Positions 36,497-48,242 of a stretch of 64,000 bases of DNA are shown here, piece after piece; positions within the stretch are counted from its first letter, which is position 1; the number at the start of each line of letters is the position of its first letter. A model generated the notes under the pieces. The model did no database searches. It had not been told where the DNA came from and saw only the letters and a program-made list of their open reading frames with translations. The position numbers and the translations under genes were made by a program. The stretch comes from Heptranchias perlo (taxonomy: Eukaryota), in contig NC_090351.1 of the NCBI RefSeq assembly GCF_035084215.1, forward strand, positions 33,604,001-33,668,000. Direction: 5' to 3'.

Positions 36497-39321
36497 GTGT
36501 TAAAAAAGGAAAAAGCAGGAACTAAGTGTCACAAAACAGATTTGAAAGTTCTTTATCTGAATGCACGTAGCATTCATAACAAAATGGACGAGTTAACGGC
36601 ACAAATAACTACGTATGGGTATGATCTTGTGGCCATTACAGAAACATGGCTGCAGGGTGACAACGATTGGGAATTAAATATGCCAGGGTATTTAACAATC
36701 AGGAAGGACAGGCAGGAAGGAAGGGGAGGTGGGGTGGCTATGTTAATAAAGGAAGGACTCACTGTAATACAGAGAAATGATATTGGGACAAACCATCAAG
36801 ATAATGAAACAGTTTGGGTAGAGTTAAGGAATAATAAGGGGAAAAAAACATTAGTAGGCGTAGTATATCGGCCTCCTAATAGTTGCAACTCTGCTGGAAG
36901 AAGTATTAATCAGGAAATAGTCGGGGCATGTAATAAGGGAACAGCTATAATTATGGGGGATTTTAACTATTATATTAACTGGACAAATCAAATTGGGCAG
37001 AGCAGCCTTGAGGAAGAGTTCATTGAGTGCATCAGGGATGGATTTCTTGAGCAGTATGTAACTGATCCTACAAGGGGGCAGGCAACCTTGGACCTGGTCC
37101 TGTGTAATGAGTCAGGATTAATTAATAACGTCCTAGTTAAGGATCCCCTTGGAACGAGCGAGCACAACATGGTTGAATTCTATATCCAATTAGAGGGTGA
37201 GAAGGTTGATTCTCAAACAAGCGTACTGAGCTTGAATAAAGGAGATTATGATGGTATGAGAGCGGAATTGATTAAAGTGGACTGGGAAAATAGTTTAAAG
37301 GGTAAGATGGTACATGAGCATTGGTGTTCATTTAGGGAGTTATTTTACAACATTCAAAATAAATATATTCCACTGAGGAAAAAAGGGTGTAAAAGAAATG
37401 ACAGCCATCCGTGGCTAAGTAAAGAAATCAAGGATAGTATCCGACTAAAAACAAGGACATATAAGGTAGCCAAACTTAGTGGGAGGATAGAAGATTGGGA
37501 AGTCTTCAAAAGACAGCAAAAAGTAACGAAAGGATTGATTAAGAAAGGGAAGTTAGATTATGAAAAGAAATTAGCAAAAAATATAAAAAACAGATAGCAA
37601 GAGATTCTATAGTTATATAAAAAGAAAAAGGGTGGCCAAGGCAAACGTAGGTCCTTTAGAGGATGAGACCGGGAAATTAATGGTGGGAAACATGGAGATG
37701 GCAAAAATGCTGAACAAATATTTTGTTTCAGTCTTTACGGTAGAGGACACTAAGAATATCCCAACAGTGGACAAACAGGGGGCTCTACGGGGGGAGGAGT
37801 TAAATACGATTAAAATCACTCAGGAGATGGTACTCAGTAAAATAATGGGACTCAAAGCGGATAAATCCCCTGGACCTGATGGCTTACATCCTAGGGTCTT
37901 GAGGGAAGTGGCAGTAGGGATTGTGGATGCTTTGGTGATAATTTTCCAAAATTCCCTGGACTCAGGAGAGGTCCCGGCAGATTGGAAAACTGCTAATGTA
38001 TTTTAAAAGGGTAGTAGGCAGAAGGCTGGAAATTATAGGCCAGTTAGCCTAACATCTGTGGTGGGTAAAATTTTAGAGTCTATTATTAAGGAGACAGTAA
38101 CGGAACATTTAGATAAGCATAATTTAATAGGACAAAGTCAGCATGGCTTTATGAAGGGGAAGTCATGTCTGACAAATTTGCTTGAGTTCTTTGAGGATAT
38201 AACGTACAGGGTGGATAAAGGGGAACCAGTGGACGTAGCGTATTTAGACTTCCAGAAGGCATTCGACAAGGTGCCACATAAAAGATTATTGCTTAAGATA
38301 AAAAATCACGGGATTGGGGGTAATATTCTGGCATGGGTGGAGGATTGGTTATCGAACAGGAGGCAGAAAGTTGGGATAAATGGTTCATTCTCGGACTGGC
38401 AACCAGTAACCAGTGGTGTTCCACAGGGGTCGGTGCTGGGTCCCCAACTCTTTACAATCTATATTAACGATTTGGAGGAGGGGACCGAGTGCAACATATC
38501 AAAATTTGCAGATGATACAAAGATGGGAGGGAAAGTAGAGTGTGAGGAGGACATAAAAAACCTGCAAGGGGATATAGACAGGCTGGGTGAGTGGGCGGAG
38601 ATTTGGCAGATGCAATATAATATTGGAAAATGTGAGGTTATGCACTTTGGCAGGAAAAATCAGAGAGCAAGTTATTTTCTTAATGGCGAGAAACTGGAAA
38701 GTACTGCAGTACAAAGGGATCTGGGGGTCCGAGTGCAAGAAAATCAACAAGTTAGTATGCAGGTGCAGCAGGTGATCAAGAAAGCCAACGGAATGTTGGC
38801 TTTTATTGCTAGGGGGATAGAATATAAAAACAGGGAGGTATTGTTGCAGTTATATAAGGTATTGGTGAGACCGCACCTGGAATACTGCATACAGTTTTGG
38901 TGTCCACACTTAAGAAAAGACATACTTGCTCTCGAGGCAGTACAAAGAAGGTTCACTCGATTAATCCCGGGGATGAGGGGGTGGACATATGAGGAGAGGT
39001 TGAGTAGATTGGGACTCTACTCATTGGAGTTCAGAAGAATGAGAGGCGATCTTATTGAAACATATAAGATTGTGAAGAGGCTTGATCGGGTGGATGCAGT
39101 AAGGATGTTCCCAAAGATGGGTGAAACTAGAACTAGGGGGCATAATCTTAGAATAAGGGGCTGCTCTTTCAAAACTGAGATGAGGAGAAACTTCTTCACT
39201 CAGAGGGTGGTAGGTCTGTGGAATTTGCTGCCCCAGGAAGCTGTGGAAGCTACATCATTAGATACATTTAAAACAGAAAGACCGTTTTCTAGAAGTAAAG
39301 GGAATTAGGGGTTATGGGGAG
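36497..39321 (+). pseudogene. CR1 ORF2 (endonuclease-RT), disrupted
   Basis: Relative to the copy at 1-2719: a +1 A near 37590, a deletion plus TAA near 38000-38006, and a small deletion near 39278. Confidence 0.9.
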
Positions 39322-41109
39322 CGGGCAGGAAATTGGACATGAAGCTGAGTTCGGATCGGTCAATGCCCTGTGGGTGGCGGAGAGGGCCCAGGGGCTGAGT
39401 GGCCGGGTCCTGCTCCTACTTCTTGTGTTCTTTAGATTTGTGGTTGGGATCAAATCAGCCATGATCTTATTGAATGGCGGAGCAGGCTCGAGGGGCCGAT
39501 CGGCCTACTCCTGCTCCTATTTCTTATGTTCTTATGTTCTTATTTGTTAAAGGAAAATTGTGTTTGACTAACTTGATTGAATTCTTTGATGAAGTAACAG
39601 AGAGAGTTGATGATGGTAGTGTGGTTGATGTTGCATATATGGACATTCAAAAGGCATTTGATAAAGTAGCACATAATAGATTTGTTAGCAAAATTAAAGC
39701 CCATGGGATTAAAGGGTCAGTGGCAGCGTGGATAAAAAATTGGCTAGGGGACAGAAAGCAGAGAGTAGTGGTGAATAGTTGTTTTTCAGACTGGAGGGAA
39801 GTATACAGTGGTGTTCCCAAGGGGTCAGTATTAGGACCACTGCTCTTTTTGAAACATATTAATGACCTGGACTTGAGTATAGAGGGTATCATTTCAAAGT
39901 TTGCAGATGACACGAAACTCGGAAATGTAGTACACAATGTGGAAGATAGTAATAGACTTCAGGAGGACATAGACAGACTGGTGAAATGGGCAGACACATG
40001 GCAGGTGAAATTTAACGCAGGGAAGTGTGAAGTGATGCATTTTTGTCGAAAGAATGAGGAGAGGCAATATAAACTAAATGGTACAATTTTAAAGTGGGTG
40101 CAGGAACAGAGACCTGGGGGTTCACATACACAAATCTTTGAAGCTGGCAGGACAAGTTGAGAAGGCTGTTAAAAAAGCAAATGCGATCCTGGGCTTTATA
40201 AATAGAGGCATAGAGTACAAAAGCCAGGAAGTTACGCTAAACCTTTATAAAATACTGGTTAGGCCTTAGCTGGGGTTTTGTGTTCAATTCTGGGCACCAC
40301 AGTTTAGGAAGGGTGTCAAGGCCTTAGAGAGGGTGAAGAAGAGATTTACTAGAGAGGTGCCAGGGATGAGGGACTTCAGTTATGTGGAGAGACTGGAGAA
40401 CCTGGGGTTGTTCTCCTTGGAACGGAGAAGGTTAAGAGGAGATTTGACAGAGGTGTTCAAAATCATGAACGGTTTTGACAGAGTAAACAAGGAGAAACTG
40501 TTTCCAGTGGAGGATTGGTTGGTAACCAGAGGACATAGATTTAAGGTGATTGGCAACAGAGCCAGAGGTGACATTTTTTACGCAGCGACTTGTAATGACC
40601 TGGAATGCACTGCCTGAAAGGGTGGTGGAAGCAGATTCAATAGTAACTTTCAGAAGGGAATTGGATAAATACTTGAAGGGAAAAAATTTACAGGGCTATG
40701 GGGAAAGAGTATGGGAATGGGACTAATTGGATGGCCTCCTCCTGTGCTGTACTTACTATAATATACTATGATATGATATGAACAATGCTGGACAGGAAAA
40801 GACCAGCTGGTCCATCCAGCATGATCCGCATAATTGTGATACCCGATAAAAGCCCAGGCCAATTTGGGGGAAAAAAAACTGGGAAATTCCTCTCCGACCT
40901 CCACTGGGTGATTGAAACTAGTCCAGGAGATCACTCCGGCCCTGATAGTTCTATGCAGTGCCTGTCTTTTTTACAAGGTGATCTCCGCCCCAGCCAGAAA
41001 CAGGTCCAGCTCTCGCTTGAAGAAATTCAGCGAATTGGCGTCCACCGCATGCGAAGTATTCAATTCATTTTGCCTTTCACAAGTTAGTCATAAGAAGTAT
41101 GGATACAAA

Positions 41110-42080
41110 GCTTCATGACTGTCTGACTCCTGACTTTGTCACAGCCTTGATCCAGACATCGACCCAAAAGCTTGAATGCCAGAGACCTGATCTTGACATT
41201 ACGGCAGCATTTGACCAAATATAGAGCCAAGGACCCCCTAGCAAAACTGAGGTCAATGAGGGCCAAAAGGAAAATCCTCCAGAGGCCGGAGTCATACCTG
41301 ACGCACAGGAAGATAGTTTTGATCATCGGAGGCCTATTATCGCAGCCCCTGGACCTTCCTGGTGGCATTCCTCAGGTAACGTCCTTGGCCCAACCATCTT
41401 CAACTGCTTCATCAATGATCTTCTCTCTGTCATAAGGTCAGGAGCGGGGCGATACGCTGACGATTCTACAGCGGTCAGCTATATTCACAACTCTTTTGAT
41501 AATGCCTAGAGCAGGACCTGGACAACATCCAAGCTTGGGCTGATGAATAGCAAGTAAGATTTTCACTACATAAGGATCATCTCCAACAAGAAAAGGCCCA
41601 ACCACCTCCCCCTGACATCAGCAAAGTAAGACCCTACCACCAACATCTTGGAGGCACCACTGACTAGAAAGGAACTACATCAGCCATATTAACACTGTGG
41701 CTGCAACTGCAGGATAGAGGTTGGGTATTCTGTGATGAGTGGCTCACCTCCTGACTTCCTCAAGACCTCGCCATCATCTACAAGGCTCCAGTCCAGGGTA
41801 TGATGGAATACTCACCACTTGCTTGGAAGGGTGCTATTGCAATAACAGTCTAGGAGCGTGACATCATCCAGGAATAAGCAGTCTGCTTGATTAGTGCTTC
41901 TATCACTGAGTTCAATATCCATCTCTTCCACCACCAACGCACTGTGGCTGCAGCATGTACTATTTATAGTTTGCACTGTAACAACTCACCAAGGTTAGTT
42001 CGACAGCACCTCTCAGCCCCATGTCTTCTACCCCTGAGAGAAACATGAGCAGCAAAGTAAGGGAAACACCATCACCTTCA
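41110..42080 (+). mobile_element. Decayed copy of the LINE family at 3566-4612
   Basis: Remnants such as atctacaaggctc..gtcc..ggatactcaccacttgc and cactgtggctgcag. Confidence 0.7.
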
Positions 42081-42099
42081 TGAACCCCTCCAAGACCCC

Positions 42100-42380
42100 T
42101 AATAGAGGTCTTTAAGATTATGAAAGGGTTTGATAGGGTAGACGTAGAGAAGGTGTTTCTACTTGCGGGGGAGGCCAGAACTAGGGGCCATAAATATAAG
42201 ATAGTCACTAATAAATCCAATAGGGAATTCAGGAGAAACTTCTTTACCCAGAGAGTGGTTAGAATGTGGAACACGCTACAACAAGGAGTAGTTGAGGTGA
42301 CTAGCATAGGTACATTTAAGGGGAAGCTAGATAAACATGAGGGAGAAAGGAATAGAAGGATATGTTGATGGGATTAGATG
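42100..42380 (+). mobile_element. CR1 3' fragment
   Basis: MKGFDRVDVEKVF...RRNFFTQRVVRMWN. Confidence 0.8.
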
Positions 42381-43764
42381 AATATCGTCAAATTCATCAT
42401 CGGAAAGAAGCTCTGCTCTTACCATTGCCTTCTCCTGCAGTAAGTGTTGTATTACTTTTGCTATATGGTGGAAAGTGGGCACTAGTCATTTCTGTTCCTG
42501 TGTAATCAAAGCAGGTGAGAAATTTCCAATCACATTGCGTTTGACAATTGCTTAATGTCCCAGGAATGATCAATAACCTGCTGACATCACCTAGCCCTTA
42601 GTTTCATATTTAATACAGTGTAATTGATTCACTGAACTAATAAATTCATCCGGGCTGAAAATCTGTAGTTCTCCTCCGCCGCTGTAATAGTGGCTTCTCA
42701 GTCACACGTTTGACCCCTGTCGGAATTCCCAGGGTCAGGTAATCCCTGTAGAGTGGGTGGGTGCCATGCCCCAGTATGGGTGCAGCTGGAGCATTGGTGG
42801 GAGGGCTGGAAATTGTGTCCTTGTCATTGAACCGTTGGGGTGGATTGGTGGCAGGTCCTGTGGCAGAAAGAAGTGTAAACTGAAGACTGGCCCCTTTTTC
42901 ACAGTGGTCCTTAGGCAGACTCACAAATCAGTGCACTAAAAACGGAGCTAATTTAAGAGTATTTTTTATTCGTATTGATCGCTGTGGGACTGGCTGATGT
43001 GAGAATTTTACCCATGTGATGGGCCCCATGTCTGCCCTCTAGAAAGTACTGTGCACCAAGAAGTATGTTGGGAGCTCCAAAGGTTGGAAGTTGAGCAGGT
43101 GAATCCATCCTGCCAGTCTTGCCTCCATCTGTGAAGTCCAATTTGAAGGGGCGAGTGCAGGAACTGCCCTTCCCCAGCCTCACCCCACAAACCCCAACAC
43201 TGCTGTAATGGGCCGAGAACCAGAGTAACAAGATCCATCTTTGCCTGCCCCAAGCAGTGCCCAAATACCCTGAAGACATCATGAATTTTTGGGGCCACCA
43301 ACTGTGCATCTAATGAGTACAAAAAACGTCCACAGAATCAGACTGAAAATGGAAAAGCTAGCAGGGTCTTGGAAAGCAGAGTATAAAAAATGGCATGAAA
43401 AGACCTACACTTTGCATGCACTTACCTAGTGAACTCATAACAACCTCGTCACTTAAATGTGTCTCAAAAGTGTTGCATGTCGTGATGAATGAAGCTGATA
43501 AACAAATAGCCAAGAAATGAATCTTTGTGATAAAAGCAGGCAAATGCTTAGTGCGTTCACATAATCCTGTTAATGCGTTTGTTAAAGTAACATGCCGAGG
43601 AATGTCATGATATTTTCTTAATCATTAATATACTAACATTGCTGTCATTTCTATGCTAATATTTTGTTAATATGCATAATATTCTCTGAATCTACTGAAT
43701 ATAAAAATACGCTGTGAAAATCAAGCTTTATAAAGAAAAAAAATCAACCTTCTTGGGCACATAA

Positions 43765-44175
43765 GAAAGAAAGAGACTTGCATTTATATAGCGCCTATCA
43801 CGGCTGTAGGATGCCCCAAAGCACTTTACAGCTAATGAAGTACTTTTGAAGTGTAGTCACTGTTGTAATATAGGAAACGCAGCAGCCAATTTGCGCACAG
43901 CAAGGTCCAACAAACAGCAATGTGATAATGACCAGATAATCTGTTTTTAGTGAAGCTGTTCGAGGGATAATTATTGGCCAGGATAACGGGGAGAACTCCC
44001 CTGATCATCTTCGAAACAGTGCCATGGGATCCTGCACATCCACCTGAGAGGGCAGATGGGGCCTCAGTACTGCACTGGAGTGTCAGCCTAGATTTTTGTG
44101 CTCAAGTCTCTGGAGTGAGCCCACAATCTATTGACTCAGAGGTGATCGAGCTACCACTGAGCCACGGCTGACACC
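43765..44175 (-). mobile_element. DeuSINE/SacSINE1-like SINE
   Basis: Reverse complement of the SINE tail and tRNA-like head (gctaccactgagccacggctgac). Confidence 0.8.
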
Positions 44176-44402
44176 TGTGATACATATATAGATACCCATG
44201 GACAAATAAAAACTACGTGGTCTGTCAAATACAAGATGTAGATTTTAAAAGAAAAACTCTTTTTTGCAAACACCTGAGGAGAAGGTTAATAAAGTAATTT
44301 CTCTCAAATCTGGATCAGGACTCGGATCAGTGAAACTCTGTCATAACAAGAGGTGCGTAATCCCAGTTTGTAATAAAAGTTCGATTGTCTTGGCTTCCTT
44401 AC

Positions 44403-44451
44403 CTGATAACGAAACAGTGATCAGGATCATAGTAAATTCAATGTTTTTCAT
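44403..44451 (-). CDS. Gene A leader exon (MKNIEFTMILITVSLS-G)
   Basis: aaacATG context and CAG|gtaagg donor. 49 nt, phase 1. Joins V1 to give a plausible signal peptide ending SLSGSYG. Confidence 0.8.
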
Positions 44452-44514
44452 GTTTAAAAAGATCCAGCCAATAGTGCAGACAGAATGTCACTTTGTAGTG
44501 TCTGGTTTTATTCC

Positions 44515-44600
44515 GAAACTGTGGTCACCTTCCTATCTGGTAGATAGAAATAACGGACTTAGCAATGATGAAATATTTGCAAACAGTTGCGCAAAAGCTA
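44515..44600 (-). promoter_or_regulatory. Putative proximal promoter of gene A (RUNX, ETS, GATA and C/EBP sites)
   Basis: TGTGGT 44520-25, CTTCCT 44529-34, TATCT 44534-38 and TTGCGCAA 44587-94, all within 150 bp upstream of the ATG. Confidence 0.5.
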
Positions 44601-45132
44601 CTGCGAGGTCAACTGTTACCCAAGGTAATGCTGCTAATGTCACTACAGGTTTTTAGTGGTTTGAGACTTTGCTATATCAGGTGATATTCTAATGTTTGCT
44701 CACTTATATCTCTTGCCCATGTCTCATAGATCGAATCATAATTACAGTCTGCTCGCAGGCCTATGGCATTGTATCAGAATCAAATATCTATATCTAATCA
44801 AATACCAAATATCTAATAAACAACTGAAAAGCATTAATGAGGAGATTGCACTGCATTCTGTGACAATGATAGCACTTAAAATATTTTATGTTTTTAAGAA
44901 TTAAAAGAAGCTTGGCTGGCATGGGGGAATGACGTAATTGGAGGATGAACAGAGATATTTATATCACTGCCTACATACGTTCTTTGATCACTAAGCTCTG
45001 TAAAAGTCAAGCGATTAAACGTAGGTTTGCAGATCCCTTGGGTTTTCCATATAACTGGATAAAACTTCCAAATTCCACCGCCACCCCCTGAATTTATGTA
45101 CCAGTATCTGGGAGTATGTTACTGTTGCGAAT

Positions 45133-47620
45133 ACTGCTGTGGCTCAGTGGTAGTACTCTCGGGCCCGATGTTACCATGGCGGCGGGTTCGCGGCGGGGGG
45201 GCGACCCACGCGCCCGGTGAAATCAGTCTGCCCCGAACGCGATCGCAGCCTGATTGGATCCACTTACCTCTTGTTCCGGGTTCCCCGCTGGAAAGCTGCG
45301 CGGCGGGCGGACTGCGCATGCGCAGTAAGCTCTGTCAGCTGGAGGAGCTCTATTTAAAGGGGCAGTCCTCCACTGACTGATGCTGCAAGAAATAGGAAAA
45401 ATTACAGCATGGAGCAGCCCAGGGGGAAGGCTGCTCCCAGTTTAATGATGCCTCACTCCAGGTATCATTGGATGGGGTGAGGAGGAGGGGGAGGACAGGA
45501 GGGCGGGAGGAAGCGGCCTGCCTCTGCCACCAAGAAGGCCTGGCTTGAGGTGGCAGAAGAGGTTACCAGCACCACCAACATATCGCCCACCTGCATACAG
45601 TGCAGAAGGCGCTTCAATCATCTAAGTAGGTCAGCCAAAGTAAGTACACTTACTCATTCCCCTACATTCCGTCTGCCACATCACTGCCCCCACCCCACAT
45701 CTCCTTCTGCACTGCCAACACTACTCTGTCACATCACCCCTCACACCCACTCAAAGCTCATCCTCATCTTACCTGCACTTACTCACCTCGCCAGTACTCA
45801 TCCCGCCACTACCACTCAACCCAATCCTCATACAATCTCATGGCTCTATCTCATACTCACCCTCTCATGCATCTCTTTCACGGTCAGCCTCACTCAACCT
45901 GCCACTACCTGTGCTGCAGCCACAGGGCATGCATCACATATGTGCAGTAGGCAGCGTAAGGCAAACATGTCGTGAGCATGAAGGGGATGCACAAGGGTGT
46001 TTGAGGGTTTGTCATGGTTTTTACTTATATTTAATTTCTGACCAACTCACATCACATTTAATATTGGCACCACTACTGTCACGCCTTTGCGAATCTTGTC
46101 TGCTTTGTGCAATAATGCCCTTTCCTGAGGATCACAATGAAGACCCACAACTGATGCCACCCATTGTGTCACTGCAGAGTGGGTGTAGGTGTATTTGCAG
46201 GGCTCTTTTGCGCAGATGACTGAGAGACGTCGGCGATGTCCCCGGTGGCACCCTGGAAGGATGTGGAGGAGAAGTTGTTGAGGGCAGTGGTGACTTTGAC
46301 AGCGACAGGTAAGAAGATGGTGCTCGGGCCAGCCGGGAGCAGCTCGGCATGAAGGAGGCTGCAGATGTCCACGACTACATGTCGAGTGACTCTGAGCCTC
46401 CGTGTGCACTGCTGCTCAGAGAGGTCCAGGAAGCTGAGCCTCGGTCTGTTTACCCTGTGGCGAGGGTAGTGCCCTCTGCGACGCATCTCTCTCTGTGGTT
46501 GCCCTCCCTCCTGCTGTGCAGGTGGATGTGTCACAGCACTGTGTTGTGGAGCTCCATGTGTCAGAGGTAGACGGCGTGGCTGGCGAGGCTGGTGATGCTG
46601 TTCGCCCTCTGAGGAGGTCATGACTGCAGCTAGGGCGGCCCCCATCCGGAAGATGCACATCTGAGGGGGTCCGCAAGGTAGGTACATGTGTCTGGATACC
46701 GGGGTAAGTGTGCAAGTTGGTGAAATTTGTTGTTAGGAGGAGGGTGGTGGAGGCCAAACTTTGTCCAAAGTGACAGAGTGGCCTCCTGCAATGAGTGAGG
46801 GTCTCCACCCCCACCTGTCAAATGGACCTTTGCAGCTGCCACAGGCTGATGGCTGCAACACGTCCATTTGAACTGGGAGTGTTTCCCCCAGTACGGGAAA
46901 CAGTCCCAGTTGTTTGCAAAATCCCAACCCTCCTAAAATATCACGTTAATCAGGACTCTAAACGACCTGAAATATCTAGATAAATACCTTAAGTGGCACC
47001 TCGCCAGCTTTAATTGCCGGCGGGAGTCCCACATGCGGGGGCTGCGCGCACATGTCAGCGCGTCAGTGGGGAACCCGGAAATGGGCCAGGTTGGAGCCGG
47101 GCTCCTGACCCGCCCCGGGAATCCCCGATTTTCGGAGCCCCACCCCGCCAGGAACGCACCCGATCGCGGGGGCTAAAATCATGCCCGAGTTCGTCTCTGA
47201 GTGAGAAGATTTTCAGTTCAGTTCAAGTCCCACTCCAGAGAGAGCACTTAAGGCTAGGCTAACACTTCAGTGCAGTACTGAGGGAGTGATGCAGTCTTTC
47301 AGATGACACATTAAACCCAGGCCCTATCTGCAGTCTCGGGTGGACGTAAAAGATCCCATGGCACTATTTGAAGAAGAGCAGGAGAATTCTCCCCGGTGTC
47401 CTAGCCAACATTTATCCCTCAACAAACTTCACTATAACAGGCTATCTGGTCATTTATTTCATTGCTGTTTGTGGGATCTTGCTGTGCACAAATTGGCTGC
47501 CGTGTTTCCTACATTACAACAGTGACTACACTTTAAAAGTACTTCATTGGCTGTAAAGTGCTTTGGGATGTCCTGAGGTCATGAAAGGTCCTATATAAAT
47601 GTGAGTCTTTCTTTGTTTCT
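45133..47620 (+). mobile_element. DeuSINE-like SINE, split in its tRNA head by a Harbinger element (parts 45133-45160 and about 47190-47620)
   Basis: GCTGTGGCTCAGTGGTAGTACTCTC lies left of the insertion. GTCTCTGAG...GTTCAAGTCCCACTCCAGAG and the full tail lie to the right. Confidence 0.8.
45161..47186. mobile_element. Second non-autonomous Harbinger element of the same family
   Basis: GGGC...GCCC termini. Same Myb (+) and transposase (-) remnants, e.g. LSFLDLSEQQCTRRLRVTR..LPVAVKVTTALN..SFQGATGD. Confidence 0.88.
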
Positions 47621-48104
47621 TCTTTTTGCGAAGTAGAAGTAACTTCTTGTATGCCTTTGTTCCCTGACCTGTATGGGCTTCTGCGTTCGAGGGACAAACC
47701 CCTCTTTTGACACAAGGAGTGCTGTTTCCCTCACTCTGTAAGGGAAGACTCTTGGGTGCCTCTTAGGAAAGGTCCTCTAGTTTTACTCAAACTTCTTCCA
47801 GGGAGTCAAAAATAGATGCCATCTGTTCACTAAGCAGCCTCTTCCATTTAATGGATAGCTCTAACAGCCTTTTCTGAAGGTGAGGTAGGAATCCTGATAT
47901 TTGTATTCAGACAAATCTGCAAAGAATTACTCCCTCAGCACCATATCAAAACATCTATAGCTAGCTTGACAAGAGTTGCTCTTATTAGCCTGAAGTCTGC
48001 CTTGTAGGACTATACATAGTCTATTTATGTAGAAATGGTATCATCCTCTAGTATTGGTCAGCAACTTAGATGCTGTAGTCACACATTTGACACTAATGTT
48101 ACAT

Positions 48105-48242
48105 GGGTAAGATGGGTATAGAGGGATATGGGCCAAGTGCAGGCAATTGGGACTAGCTTAGTGGTATAAACTGGGCGACATCGACATGTTGGGCCGAAGG
48201 GCCTGTTTCCATGTTGTAAACTTCTATGATTCTATGATTCTA
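48105..48242 (+). mobile_element. Short CR1 3' end
   Basis: gggccgaagggcctgtttcc stem-loop and (TTCTATGA)n tail. Confidence 0.7.

Larger units (their letters stand above)
34950..39543 (+). mobile_element. Full-length young CR1 LINE (5' tandem monomers, ORF1, disrupted ORF2, 3' UTR)
   Basis: Complete architecture with a (TTCTTATG)n tail. Antisense in intron 1 of gene A. Confidence 0.96.
34580..40760 (+). mobile_element. Older CR1 ORF2 remnant, split by the full-length young CR1 (parts 34580-34949 and 39544-40760)
   Basis: ...ESQHG|F and VKGKLCLTNL... rejoin exactly across the insertion. Confidence 0.9.

Noticed and set aside
44264-44656. 130-aa plus-strand ORF
   Set aside because: Antisense to the leader exon and promoter, with no recognisable domain.
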